Shown here: one piece after another, positions 1 through 10,167 of the stretch
Position numbering within the stretch: position 1 is the first letter of the stretch
Layout: each line of letters starts with the position of its first letter
Virus record (IMG/VR): IMGVR_UViG_3300020474_000001
Location: 143,656-207,655 of that record
Strand: one strand, 5' to 3'
DNA: 64,000 bases
Notes under the pieces: model-generated
The model's database searches: none
What the model saw: only the letters and a program-made list of their open reading frames with translations
What the model was told of the DNA's origin: nothing
Position numbers and translations under genes: made by a program

Positions 1-50
1 TGATTGAGGAGAGGTGCCCACTTTTCCTGCAGATGCTCTGAATGGAACAT
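1..50 (-). CDS. gp23: Major capsid protein, N-terminal fragment (runs off the left edge)
   Basis: Reverse complement from ATG at 50 reads MFHSEHLQEKWAPLLN, the typical cyanomyovirus gp23 N-terminus, directly downstream of gp22. Confidence 0.9.
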   Translation of the reverse strand, partial: MFHSEHLQEKWAPLLN

Positions 51-99
51 TTGCGTTTACCTTTGTGTGACGTTTACGGTTTGATTTAATAAATCAGTT

Positions 100-1299
100 T
101 CAGTTTCTTACTGTACTTCCCAGTGCTCTGACATATGCATTCATCGAACCAGTATATTGCTGGTGATCGTTGCTTACACCTTCAGAAAGGGTTTCAGTTG
201 TTGTTGATGCAGACTGTTTCTTAGGGGCAAAATATGCTTCCTTTAAAGTCTCCAACTTTTCACGATATTGGGTTTCACTTTCAAACTCTACACTTTCGGC
301 AAGTGAGGCGAGCTTCTCTTTCTGTGTCTGTGCAAGACCTTCAGAGACTTGATCTACTATTCCATCAGCAACAGACTCGGAGAGACGTTGGTTGAGGGAA
401 ACATTTTTCTCAATCTGCTCGTTGAGTTTATTCTCCATTTCATCAAGTTTATTTACCATGCTATTGAGAACATCATATTTATCTTCAGGGATTTCTACAT
501 AATGTGCTTCAAAAAGATCCTTCATGCCTGAGAGGAAACTCTCAGTCATGTCAATCTTCAGACCTTTTTCGATGCTGATCATGTTCTCAGTGAACCACTC
601 ATCAGCAACATACTCAAGGTAAGAATCCACTCTTTCAGTGAGTGAACTCTTCATAACTGCAACTTCTTCTTCAAATGCTGCCTCATACTTCTGAGTCAGC
701 TTCTCGTTCAATTGATCGATCTTAGAATTGATTGCAGCTTCAAAAATTGTTTTTGCTTTATCTTGGAATTCTTCTGAGAGTTCCTCACCTTCAAACAATG
801 CATTGACATCTTCTTCAATGCTGTATTCAACAGTGATTTCTTCTTCAGAAACTTCTTCGCCTTCTTCTTCAGTTTCTTCGTAAGTAGCTTTCTTCTTCTT
901 TGGCTTGCTACCGCATGATCCTTCTTCAAGTTCATCTTCGGCAACTACTTCGCCTTCGACCTGAGTCTCTTCAGATTCCACTTCAGATTCTTCAGATTCT
1001 ACTTCTTCTGGAAGAGCGTTTTTCTTATCCAAGGTTGGCATTGGGTCAGCAGCCTTTGCTCCCTTTGTGATAATATCTTTGACTTGCTTAAGGGTTGCTG
1101 AAGCATCTTTGAACTTTGCAGAGTCATCGTCTGGCTTATAGTTCTCAGGTGTTGGACCACCAAGATCTTCAATAGCCCCCAGTTGTGTTCCGGGATCTGC
1201 CATTTTTGGCATTGGTTCAGCAGGTTTTGCACCAGCATTTACAGCAGTCTTGGACTGCTTTGTGCTTACTTCCATTTCTTGTAAATCTCCACTGGACAT
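100..1299 (-). CDS. gp22: Prohead core scaffolding protein
   Basis: Acidic coiled-coil protein with LFEGEELSEEFQDKAKTIFEAA and RVDSYLEYVADEW segments; lies between gp21 and gp23. Confidence 0.93.
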   Translation of the reverse strand: MSSGDLQEMEVSTKQSKTAVNAGAKPAEPMPKMADPGTQLGAIEDLGGPTPENYKPDDDSAKFKDASATLKQVKDIITKGAKAADPMPTLDKKNALPEEVESEESEVESEETQVEGEVVAEDELEEGSCGSKPKKKKATYEETEEEGEEVSEEEITVEYSIEEDVNALFEGEELSEEFQDKAKTIFEAAINSKIDQLNEKLTQKYEAAFEEEVAVMKSSLTERVDSYLEYVADEWFTENMISIEKGLKIDMTESFLSGMKDLFEAHYVEIPEDKYDVLNSMVNKLDEMENKLNEQIEKNVSLNQRLSESVADGIVDQVSEGLAQTQKEKLASLAESVEFESETQYREKLETLKEAYFAPKKQSASTTTETLSEGVSNDHQQYTGSMNAYVRALGSTVRN

Positions 1300-1348
1300 G
1301 TTTATTCTCCCAATTTAACCTTTGGATAATCTATATTTATTTAGTAAT

Positions 1349-1999
1349 TTAAAGTTTTGATATAAAATCTTCAAAGAGACCTAACTTATATTCGTCAAGC
1401 AATCTTTGATCAACTAATGTATTTATTTTCTTTTTAGTATTCTGTGCCAATTGTTCACGAAGAATACCACCATCCCAAACCCACTCTCTTCCTTCCATAA
1501 TTCCATTAACAAATGCATCTGGAGCAGATGGGTCTGCAACAATATCAGCAGCAGTTGCTAACTGAAAATCTTCACCAACCTCTTTATATCCATCTTTTGT
1601 CTCTCTTAATGAACCAATACCACGAGAAGAGACGCCAAGAGTTACACCCTCTTTTAACAGAGATTCTGCAATTTTACCCATAGGTGTTGAAAGAATTTGT
1701 GCCTTTCCAATAAAATTGTTACCCTCTCTATGAAGACCTACAATTTTATGAGAAACTCTATCAAGATTGATTGTTGGTCCATCTGGATGACCAAGCTCAC
1801 CTAGAGCACGACCTTTATTAATGTAAGATTCTGTGTAACGTCCTACCTCAGGTTCCATTACATTCATTCTATACATTCTTCCATTTCTATTCTTCATTTC
1901 TGTTTGAAGAAATGGTCCTTGAATAAAGAGTGTTTTTTTGCCATTTACATTTTCAGTAATGACTTCTATGTTCTCTATCTCTTCTCTAATTAGTTTCAT
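1349..1999 (-). CDS. gp21: Prohead protease
   Basis: Motifs NRNGRMY, RALGELGHP and GVSSRGIGSL (His/Ser catalytic motifs of T4 gp21). Confidence 0.96.
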   Translation of the reverse strand: MKLIREEIENIEVITENVNGKKTLFIQGPFLQTEMKNRNGRMYRMNVMEPEVGRYTESYINKGRALGELGHPDGPTINLDRVSHKIVGLHREGNNFIGKAQILSTPMGKIAESLLKEGVTLGVSSRGIGSLRETKDGYKEVGEDFQLATAADIVADPSAPDAFVNGIMEGREWVWDGGILREQLAQNTKKKINTLVDQRLLDEYKLGLFEDFISKL

Positions 2000-2003
2000 T
2001 TTT

Positions 2004-2264
2004 TTAGTTTGTAAATCCTACTTTTGCTCCTTTCAATGATGCACTGCACCAAATGGAGTATGTTGGTTTCTTTTCAATAAATTCAACTGAATTTGCCATT
2101 ATGGTAATAGATACAGATTCTGCATCATCATTAATCATGGTCAAAGTTTCTGAAGAAGATGTAGAATTTACTACTCTAACTACAGTTGCAGAATCAAAAG
2201 TGCTTGCAGAATTACTTGCTGTTGGGACTGTTATTTCGTCCCCAATCATCAATGTTCTATTCAT
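2004..2264 (-). CDS. Conserved hypothetical head-module protein (start probably MNRTL at 2264, not 2297)
   Basis: GGAG RBS precedes ATG 2264, which overlaps the stop of the upstream small ORF; located between gp20 and gp21. Confidence 0.7.
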   Translation of the reverse strand: MNRTLMIGDEITVPTASNSASTFDSATVVRVVNSTSSSETLTMINDDAESVSITIMANSVEFIEKKPTYSIWCSASLKGAKVGFTN

Positions 2265-2430
2265 CTCCAGTTTCCTCCTGTTCTGCTCCCACTTCAAAAG
2301 TAGTTTTTGCTACCATTGGTTGAAATGCATCAACCCTTTGAGTTGCTTTTTGGAATAAAAGCTCTTTAATAGAATCGCTCACTTGGGAGGGTGACTCATC
2401 CCGTGAAATCATATCTAATAGCTCATCCAT
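2257..2430 (-). CDS. Small acidic 57-aa protein (possible prohead core protein), absent from the ORF track
   Basis: Manual translation MDELLDMISRDESPSQVSDSIKELLFQKATQRVDAFQPMVAKTTFEVGAEQEETGDE; TATAAATA late promoter about 30 nt upstream. Confidence 0.7.
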   Translation of the reverse strand: MDELLDMISRDESPSQVSDSIKELLFQKATQRVDAFQPMVAKTTFEVGAEQEETGDE

Positions 2431-2460
2431 AGTTATAAAATATTAAAGTTTACTAACAGT

Positions 2461-2468
2461 TATTTATA
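2461..2468 (-). promoter_or_regulatory. T4-type late promoter TATAAATA
   Basis: Perfect TATAAATA on minus strand, 30 nt upstream of ATG 2430. Confidence 0.7.
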
Positions 2469-4170
2469 TCTCACCGCCCTTGGGCATTTCTGGTGCTTTT
2501 GTTGCTCTTGCTTGTTGTTCTAAATCTGGTTCTGCCGGGACTTCACCCAACTGCCCACCATCTCCGGCAGCTGCTGGATCTGCTGACATCGATGCATCTA
2601 AAGGCATTCCAGTTTCTGGATCTACTGGTTGATTTGGATCAGGAATAACACCATCTCTAATTTCTTTCTCGATAATCTTATCCTGCTCATAAATTTCCTC
2701 ATCAGTCTGACGAAGAATCTTTCTACGCACATAATCCTGAGAAAAATATTTCCCAACATATGGTTGAGCAGTTTCAAGAAGACCAAACCTATCTTGCATT
2801 AGTTCAGATTCTTTCAGTTCTGAGAAGTGATTATCATATAAGAAGTCAAATTGAATATGCTCCTTCATTCTTTCCCAGTCTTCTGGAGTAACTACATTTT
2901 TAAGAATTAACTGAGTTCTCAAAATGTCATGAAACATATTAGAGAATCTCTTTCTTAGACGACCAACAAATTTTGTAAATTTTAACTCATCCCTAAGGAT
3001 TTCAGATGATCTACCCAAATTAAATCCACCTTCTCCGTCCATACGCGACGGCGGAACATTAAGGGACCTGTAAAGTTTTTTCTTAAAGTACTCAATATCT
3101 GTGATTTCTCCGAGGTTTTGACCTCCAGGCAGAGTAGTAATTTCAGTTCCACGTCCTCCCTCTCTTCTAGGAAGCCAGAAGTCCTCAAGCATAGACATGA
3201 ACTTTTTATCATCTCTGATCTCTCCTGTTGATGCATCATATACTAATTTATTACGATATCTCATCATAACGTCGCGCAGATATTGTTCTGCTTTTACTTT
3301 AGGAAGATTGCCTACATCAATGTAAAAAATACGACGCTCTGGTGCTCTTGATAATCTGTAAATTACAAGACTATCTTCAATCATTCGAAGTTGATTGAGT
3401 GCCTTGATTGACTTATGAATATAAGATAATGTAGTTCCTTTATTTCTATCTACAAGACCTGATGTGCAATATGCAATAGAATCCTTTGCAATCCGTATGC
3501 CACGGGTTGTATTTGTTTGCATCGGATTTCCAGTTCCAGTTGTCTTTGGATTGTAGATGAAATATTCTTCAATCTCTGGAAAATTATATGCCATTGGATC
3601 TTCATCCATTAGCATATTTTTAGTTACTAATTGATCATACTTATCTTTTTCTTTCTTCTTTTGCTGCCTGACATATCGCATTTTCATTGGATCGATATAT
3701 CTAAGCTCTTGAATTCCTTCTTCTGGTTTCTTTAAATCGATGATTTTATGATAATAAAGTCTTCCATCGACGTACCAGTTTCTATAAATTTCATGAGATT
3801 TTTTTTGAAAATCAAGCATATCTAAAATGTGCTTGAACTCTTCTCTAATTGTCTTTTTTATGCCATCACTTACATTTAAATTTGATAGTTCAATTTCAAT
3901 TGGACTATTATTTTGGTCAGATACAATAGCTTCATTTACAATGTCTTCAATTGCAGTATCTACTTCTGGATGAAGAGACATCTCACGATATCTCTTAATT
4001 AGATCAAATTCGGTTTTATATACACCCTCAATATCAACATAAGATCCAAAAAATCCACTGCTCATATAGTGGTCAACCCCGTCCTCATTATTTGGAGGAA
4101 CGGGGGAAACCGCTGACTTACTCAGCTTGTCTTCATTATTATCAATTGAAAAACCAAAAAGCCTTGCCAT
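2464..4170 (-). CDS. gp20: Portal vertex protein
   Basis: Motifs YRLSRAPERRIFYIDVGNLPK and EDFWLPRREGGRGTEITTLPGGQNLG. Confidence 0.98.
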   Translation of the reverse strand: MARLFGFSIDNNEDKLSKSAVSPVPPNNEDGVDHYMSSGFFGSYVDIEGVYKTEFDLIKRYREMSLHPEVDTAIEDIVNEAIVSDQNNSPIEIELSNLNVSDGIKKTIREEFKHILDMLDFQKKSHEIYRNWYVDGRLYYHKIIDLKKPEEGIQELRYIDPMKMRYVRQQKKKEKDKYDQLVTKNMLMDEDPMAYNFPEIEEYFIYNPKTTGTGNPMQTNTTRGIRIAKDSIAYCTSGLVDRNKGTTLSYIHKSIKALNQLRMIEDSLVIYRLSRAPERRIFYIDVGNLPKVKAEQYLRDVMMRYRNKLVYDASTGEIRDDKKFMSMLEDFWLPRREGGRGTEITTLPGGQNLGEITDIEYFKKKLYRSLNVPPSRMDGEGGFNLGRSSEILRDELKFTKFVGRLRKRFSNMFHDILRTQLILKNVVTPEDWERMKEHIQFDFLYDNHFSELKESELMQDRFGLLETAQPYVGKYFSQDYVRRKILRQTDEEIYEQDKIIEKEIRDGVIPDPNQPVDPETGMPLDASMSADPAAAGDGGQLGEVPAEPDLEQQARATKAPEMPKGGEI

Positions 4171-4193
4171 TATTTAAATAATTTGTTTTCTAC

Positions 4194-4201
4194 TATTTAT
4201 A
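4194..4201 (-). promoter_or_regulatory. T4-type late promoter TATAAATA upstream of gp20
   Basis: Perfect TATAAATA 23 nt upstream of the gp20 ATG. Related nATAAATA boxes lie upstream of gp22, gp18, gp15, gp13, gp8, gp25 and the sulfotransferase. Confidence 0.75.
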
Positions 4202-4211
4202 GTATCAAAAA

Positions 4212-4787
4212 TCAGGTAGATTCAGCTTTTGTAACATCCTCTGGAGTCCAGTAGTTGACTTGCATCTCTACCTGGAATTCTTCGATCGCATTTGTGCTTT
4301 CATAATTTAACTGAATTGCACCCAGACTAATTGGGAATATATCATGGAAAGTATATGTTGCAAGAACTTTAAGACCTGATCCCTCTGCTGCAGTTTCTGT
4401 AGTTTCTTTTCTTCCAAGTTGCTTCACTTTTGCAGTTTCCATATAACTTCCTGGTTTTGATAGACCAGAAGCATCTGCATATTGTGCAATTCTCTGCATC
4501 CATCCTTCAAAATATTTTCTAATTTTATAATCCTCATCATTAATGACTGTTATAGTCCAAGTCTCAAATGTTCTGTCACCAGCAACTTTGAGAATTCTGC
4601 CTCTAAATGGAACATCGATAGATGCTACTGTAGATGCAGGGATTTGAGCAGCTTTGCACAAATATTGAAAATCTGCTTTGGTTTCCGCATCATCAATTGA
4701 AGTCATTTCTACTTGGAATAGATTGGGGCGAGCTCCCCCACCCTTTAATCTCGACTTAAAATCTACGATAGAATGTTTTGATGCCAT
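4212..4787 (-). CDS. gp19: Tail tube protein
   Basis: Motifs GGGARPNLF, FRGRILKVAGDRTFETWTITVINDED and IEEFQVEMQVNYW. Confidence 0.96.
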   Translation of the reverse strand: MASKHSIVDFKSRLKGGGARPNLFQVEMTSIDDAETKADFQYLCKAAQIPASTVASIDVPFRGRILKVAGDRTFETWTITVINDEDYKIRKYFEGWMQRIAQYADASGLSKPGSYMETAKVKQLGRKETTETAAEGSGLKVLATYTFHDIFPISLGAIQLNYESTNAIEEFQVEMQVNYWTPEDVTKAEST

Positions 4788-4822
4788 GGTTCTTTTCTCC
4801 TTTGTTAGTTTTTAATTTATGA

Positions 4823-6949
4823 TCAAGCTCTACCAGTCACTTCTTCAAAACTTACACCAGTTCGTGTAGCAACAAAGGTTAGAGTTATATAATTGATTGA
4901 TTTAAGTGGTTTCAGGAAAATGTCAGCTCTAAACTCATTATTATCAATTACATCTGGAGTATTGTTTGTAGAGTCACAAACAACTACGAAATCAGATAAT
5001 CCTCTATTTGATTGAACATCACGAAGATATGGTTCAACAATATTCAAGAATGAAGATCTTGTGAGTTCATCATTGAGTTCAAATAATTGAGCTTGTGCTG
5101 CACTTTCAAGTGCTTGCTCGATCGTTAAGAATAAACGGCGAACATTGATTCTGTCAAAGGCAGAGGGGTAAGAAAGGGCAGTCTTATCTCCAAATAAGAA
5201 TGTTCCTTTTCCAGATTGTGTTACAAAAGAATTAATTCTCTGTGGATAAAGTCTATCTCTCTGTGACTTAGATGGATTATATGCAAGTTTGATTGCATTG
5301 TTGAGAACACCTCTATTTTCTCCAGCAGGAGAGAACCATGGGAACGACTCTAAATTTGTGCGAGCCATAATACCAGCTACATCGGCATTACATGCAATAT
5401 AACGGAATTTATTATTAAATCTATCATAGGTGTACTTATATCCACTATCAAATACTGCATAAGATGATGATGCAATAGATCCAAAATATGAGATTAGATT
5501 ATCGGTTTGTACCTCTGGGTTTGATTGACCAACCAAATCGGAGTAGTGTGGTCCAACAACTGCCATACAATCTTTTCTTTGCTCAGCAATTGAAATTATA
5601 TAATTTGCTTTTGCCTGAGATTCAAATCTATCAATAAGACCTGGTCCCATGATGACAAAGTCTAGTGAGATTGCTTCATCGAGGAAAAGACTATATGAAT
5701 TCATCAAATCTGATAGTGTGGCATCCATACCACCATCTGATGAATAATCTTCTCCACCACTAAATGTGAATGTCAAATTACCTGCAGATTTAAATACACT
5801 ACCTTGTGCATTTTCTCCCCATTCTGCAGAAGTTGGAGTATATCCAGTAGAAAATGATGTGGCAACTTTATTGATACTCTTGCCACCACAGTAGATATTT
5901 TCTGAAAAATCAGCTAAGTATGTTTTAAAGTAATTTTTCTGAGGAGCATTTGAAGAAGAAGTAGAATCCTTTGCTTTAGAAAGACCGAGGTGCTTCTCCA
6001 AAATAGACCCACGAACACCAGTTACAGTTCCCAAATCATCAACAACTACGACGTGCATACTATCGCTCTTTCCTTGTCTGGAAAGAACATAGTTGTTTGA
6101 TGTTGGTTTTGGTGCTATTGATTTCCAGTATATTGTATTGTTAGTCAAACTTAAAGTTTGATTATCATACCAGTCAGAGACAGATTCTACACTTGAAGAA
6201 CCTGCAGTTGATCCAGAATTATCTACAAATGTTACATTTGCACTGGAGGAGAATGCTGCATAGTTGCTCATTGGAATATAATCCATGGCAGTTTCTTCTC
6301 CAGAGCTGGATACTCTAGATACAACTTTTACTGTGATCGTAGAATCAGATGATGCAGAATCATTCACCGAGGTAATAATACCTTTGATGTGACCACTAAA
6401 TGGTGTTGTTGATCCTGAACCAGGAATAACTGCATTGCTTATTGGTGCAGTAACTCCATATCCAACAGCAGCTCCAGCAGATCCAAGATCATCTGTATTG
6501 ATTCCAATGATTTGATCTGCAAAATCATCAACAACACAGACCTTCATTCCATTTGCCCAGGTTCCTGGATTTTTTGCAATGAAACTGTAATCACTAGCAT
6601 CTGTGTGATACAACTGATAATCATCATAGTTTTTAATAGTCGATGACACACCAGCATCATTTGCATTCTTAAGGTTGCTTCCTGATGTTCTAATAATCGA
6701 CATATTTCCCCCGTAAGAGAGATATGTTGATGCACTCATCCAATATTCAAATTGACTATCATTTTCACTTGGTTTTCCAAAAACTGAAATCAGATCTTTC
6801 TCACTTGAAATATTGATAGGTTCGTCTACTGGTCCAATTGAAAATGGTCCAGCAAATGCTCCTGTGATATCAACTACATTATCAACTCTACCAACCGTTA
6901 GATCAATTTCTCTTGAAACTAATCCTGGAGATAATTGTGGAGTTGCCAT
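4823..6949 (-). CDS. gp18: Tail sheath protein
   Basis: Motifs SPGLVSREIDLT, WFSPAGENRG and AFDRINVRRLF. Confidence 0.97.
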   Translation of the reverse strand: MATPQLSPGLVSREIDLTVGRVDNVVDITGAFAGPFSIGPVDEPINISSEKDLISVFGKPSENDSQFEYWMSASTYLSYGGNMSIIRTSGSNLKNANDAGVSSTIKNYDDYQLYHTDASDYSFIAKNPGTWANGMKVCVVDDFADQIIGINTDDLGSAGAAVGYGVTAPISNAVIPGSGSTTPFSGHIKGIITSVNDSASSDSTITVKVVSRVSSSGEETAMDYIPMSNYAAFSSSANVTFVDNSGSTAGSSSVESVSDWYDNQTLSLTNNTIYWKSIAPKPTSNNYVLSRQGKSDSMHVVVVDDLGTVTGVRGSILEKHLGLSKAKDSTSSSNAPQKNYFKTYLADFSENIYCGGKSINKVATSFSTGYTPTSAEWGENAQGSVFKSAGNLTFTFSGGEDYSSDGGMDATLSDLMNSYSLFLDEAISLDFVIMGPGLIDRFESQAKANYIISIAEQRKDCMAVVGPHYSDLVGQSNPEVQTDNLISYFGSIASSSYAVFDSGYKYTYDRFNNKFRYIACNADVAGIMARTNLESFPWFSPAGENRGVLNNAIKLAYNPSKSQRDRLYPQRINSFVTQSGKGTFLFGDKTALSYPSAFDRINVRRLFLTIEQALESAAQAQLFELNDELTRSSFLNIVEPYLRDVQSNRGLSDFVVVCDSTNNTPDVIDNNEFRADIFLKPLKSINYITLTFVATRTGVSFEEVTGRA

Positions 6950-7026
6950 TTGTTTCTCCGTTAACTATATTAAACTAAAAATTATTTATTAAAAGGACAA
7001 GTTTCAACGGGGAAACTAGACGTGAA

Positions 7027-7263
7027 CTACCAATCTGGATAGATATCTTCTGAGTATTCTTTACTTGATCTCCTTTTTATAACTCTTTTCTTAGTACATT
7101 CCTTACACTCATATGAATACGAAGATGCTGCTGGACCTCTATCTTTACGTGTTCTATAAAATCCATCTACTAGATCCTTTACCTCACCACACTTCCGACA
7201 CTTCCTATCGGTGAGTAATAAATGACCTAGTTTAATTTGATTGTCATCAAATCCTTCTATCAT
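7027..7263 (-). CDS. Small zinc-ribbon protein (CxxC...CxxC)
   Basis: CRKCGEVK...FY...YECKEC pattern in a 78-aa ORF. Confidence 0.7.
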   Translation of the reverse strand: MIEGFDDNQIKLGHLLLTDRKCRKCGEVKDLVDGFYRTRKDRGPAASSYSYECKECTKKRVIKRRSSKEYSEDIYPDW

Positions 7264-7481
7264 TTCTCTGCCGCATACAATGCAAATGTAGAGGTAGTTA
7301 TAACAGTCATCATATTAGCAATATGTTGTTTGTCCGCTTCTGCACATTTATTGGACTTAGCAATAAAGCAACCGAATATGGTTACTCCTACTATTATTAA
7401 TTGAACAAAAATAACAAAGCGTATTAGATCAATAACTTTTTCTTTGGTGGTTTTTCTGTTGATCATGACAGATAATCCCAC
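7260..7481 (-). CDS. Small membrane protein
   Basis: Two hydrophobic stretches; overlaps the neighbouring ORFs in operon fashion. Confidence 0.55.
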   Translation of the reverse strand: MGLSVMINRKTTKEKVIDLIRFVIFVQLIIVGVTIFGCFIAKSNKCAEADKQHIANMMTVITTSTFALYAAEK

Positions 7482-9112
7482 ATGTAAGCACTATCTCCAT
7501 ATTCATCAACATGCCAGCGATCACCATTTTTATCTACAAAACTTTCTGTATCTTCTAACCCATCAGACATAAATCCGAAAGGTGCCATATCTTGTTCAAT
7601 TTGATTTTTCTGTTCCTCATACAATCTCTTCCTTACATCCTGATCTGTTAGCTCCTTGAAATAATCCTGTGCAACTAACCAAGCGTAAATGACAAGACAC
7701 ATTGCTAGGTCATCATTACATCCATCTTCTGCTTCAAAGGAATTTTTTTTCGAAATGAAAGTTGTAAGTTCTGAAATAATTTCATAGTCAGAGAAAAGAA
7801 GCTTATCTTCTTCTATTAATGTCTTCAAGTTGAGAGACCCAACTTTTTTTACAGTCTTTGACATCTTTAGTCCAAGTTGAGTTTTCTTTCCAGAAAATCC
7901 TTGACCAACTATTTGACCAGCTCTACCTCTCATAGAGCACATAAGAAGATTTTGATACTCTAAATCATATTGAATAATTGAAGCTACTTGATCTCCAACA
8001 TCATTAACTTCGCATAAAATATATGCACTATTAAAACTTCTTGCGACCTCCCAAATAATATTGGGGAATAGCATTGGTTTTATCTCATTATTTCTATACT
8101 TTGCTACTACTTTGTGTGGGAATTCTGTAATATCTACAACTATGAACGCTGAATAATCTTCTCCAACTCCACGAGCAACATCAACTGTAATTACATAGTC
8201 ATGATTCTCTATGGGGTCCTGATATACATCAAGACCGGCATTCATAGTCTTTGGATTCTCATATATTAAAGACTTCAGTTTGCTGGGTGCGATTAAAGTA
8301 TCAACAGATCCTAAGAATTCACACTCAAACTCAACCTTGAACTGAGATTCAGATGTGTTTGAAATTGTTTGTTTTTTCCACTTATCGTCTCTGCCTGGAA
8401 CTTCTGACCAGTGAACTTCAGTTGGTACATATTCGCTAACTGATTTCTCAGCATCATGCCACATTCGGTAGAAATGATTCATACCATGTGGCGTAGAAAC
8501 AATAATTACTTTGGTGCTTTTACCAGAAGTAATAGTAGGATAAACAGATGCAAAGAATTGATCAGCAACGTGATTTGGGACGAACGCGAACTCGTCGAGA
8601 AAGAGGATGTTAAACGACATACCTCGCACAGCACTTGCAGACGTAGAAGCTGCCAATATTTTACTGCCATTTTCTAATTCAATATTACCCTTGTTCCAGT
8701 TTATCACACCTTGCTGCATCCACTTTGGAATGTTTTCATATGCAGTTGCAAGTCTACTTAAAAGTTCTCTAGATGTTGATGCTTTGTTTGCTAGAATACC
8801 AATACTTACATTTGCATTAAATAGCATGAAGTGTAGGAGATATGATATAACTGTTGTAGATTTGCCAGTTTGTCGTGGCATCTTACAAATATTAAATCTA
8901 TTCTCATGGAAGTTATTAATTAATTTCTCCTGAAAATCATATGGTCTAAATTGAGTTAAACCTTCGTCAAGTGAAACAATTTTAATATAATTATTAGCAA
9001 AGTAAACTGGATCATTCTGGGACTTTACTATTTCTATAATTTGTTCTTCTGTAAATTCATGTGTTGTCCCATACTTCTTAAGTAGGGGATTGCCAAGATA
9101 AGAATCAGTCAT
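7463..9112 (-). CDS. gp17: Terminase large subunit
   Basis: Walker A PRQTGKST, Walker B LFLDEFAFV, and nuclease motifs TVDVARG and NDDLAM. Confidence 0.98.
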   Translation of the reverse strand: MTDSYLGNPLLKKYGTTHEFTEEQIIEIVKSQNDPVYFANNYIKIVSLDEGLTQFRPYDFQEKLINNFHENRFNICKMPRQTGKSTTVISYLLHFMLFNANVSIGILANKASTSRELLSRLATAYENIPKWMQQGVINWNKGNIELENGSKILAASTSASAVRGMSFNILFLDEFAFVPNHVADQFFASVYPTITSGKSTKVIIVSTPHGMNHFYRMWHDAEKSVSEYVPTEVHWSEVPGRDDKWKKQTISNTSESQFKVEFECEFLGSVDTLIAPSKLKSLIYENPKTMNAGLDVYQDPIENHDYVITVDVARGVGEDYSAFIVVDITEFPHKVVAKYRNNEIKPMLFPNIIWEVARSFNSAYILCEVNDVGDQVASIIQYDLEYQNLLMCSMRGRAGQIVGQGFSGKKTQLGLKMSKTVKKVGSLNLKTLIEEDKLLFSDYEIISELTTFISKKNSFEAEDGCNDDLAMCLVIYAWLVAQDYFKELTDQDVRKRLYEEQKNQIEQDMAPFGFMSDGLEDTESFVDKNGDRWHVDEYGDSAYMWDYLS

Positions 9113-9121
9113 AATTTAAAT

Positions 9122-9457
9122 TCACTTCTGTTTATTTTTTCCTGCACAGTGTGCTTTTTGAGAAAACCCTTTTGGGTTGTTACAGTCAATAGATTTCTTA
9201 TATTTTTTGCTCCAAGATTCTGTGGCATAATTGCCTTCTCTTTTTGCTTGATCTCTGAGTGCTTTAATCAACTTACTATCACCAGGAGCGTCTCCAGGTT
9301 TTTTCTTTAAGTTCTCTCTTCTCTGCTTTTCAAATTCATGTCGCTTTGCAGCAGACATTTGTTTCTTAGGCACCAATTGTCCAGTATGAGCACCAATTTC
9401 GGTCTCATCCTTTGCCTCTATCATAAATTCTCTTAATGTTTTCATCAGCAATTCCAA
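9122..9457 (-). CDS. Basic hypothetical protein with C-terminal ESWSKKYKKSIDCNNPKGFSQKAHC motif
   Basis: Clean ORF in gene order between gp16 and gp17; Lys-rich. Confidence 0.7.
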   Translation of the reverse strand: MELLMKTLREFMIEAKDETEIGAHTGQLVPKKQMSAAKRHEFEKQRRENLKKKPGDAPGDSKLIKALRDQAKREGNYATESWSKKYKKSIDCNNPKGFSQKAHCAGKNKQK

Positions 9458-10146
9458 CGACGACGTGCTGCTCTACCTCTTTCACCATTCCAACTCTTCG
9501 AACGAGCACAGAAACTCTTTCTGCGTTTTGCTGCTTTAGATCCTGGATTTAGTTTAGATGGGGGTGTAGTCACGGCAGTCTTCAAATTGCCACCAGTGCG
9601 TCTATTATATTTTGCGACACCCTTTGCAGTCATACCTGCACCACTCTTAGTGCTTCTCTTGTCACCAGATCTCTGAGACATTCCTGACATATCTTCAACT
9701 TGCAGGAATGGTTGTCCGGGAACTACCTGTGATGCTTTGTAAGTTACAACACGAGCTCCTGGATATGCTTTTATGATTTCGTCTTGAATTTCTCCCTTAT
9801 TTGGCATTTTCAGATTTGGGAAAAACATTTTCATTGAAATATATTTTCCTCTCCAATTCAAATACACATCAACCATATGTCCAGTTTTTGCTGGAATTCT
9901 TACTGCTTCAGAGATATTATAGTAATCTCTTATATTCTTGCTTCTGATAATATCCACTACATTTGCAAATGCTTTTCCATTTGCATCATTTATAACAACA
10001 GATTCTCCTACTCCACCTGATTCTCCAGCATCTCCCTCATCTGGATCTTCTCCTGTAGTAAATCTATCCCAAGAAGAACCGCCATATCTGCAGTTAGATC
10101 TTAATTCTTTACGGTTGCATCTTCTACAATACTTTTCTTCTACCAT
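9445..10146 (-). CDS. Hypothetical protein with very basic C-terminal domain ending AARRRWNC
   Basis: 233-aa ORF with a late-promoter-like GATAAATA upstream. Confidence 0.75.
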   Translation of the reverse strand: MVEEKYCRRCNRKELRSNCRYGGSSWDRFTTGEDPDEGDAGESGGVGESVVINDANGKAFANVVDIIRSKNIRDYYNISEAVRIPAKTGHMVDVYLNWRGKYISMKMFFPNLKMPNKGEIQDEIIKAYPGARVVTYKASQVVPGQPFLQVEDMSGMSQRSGDKRSTKSGAGMTAKGVAKYNRRTGGNLKTAVTTPPSKLNPGSKAAKRRKSFCARSKSWNGERGRAARRRWNC

Positions 10147-10167
10147 TGAAAAAAATATATTCTTGTT

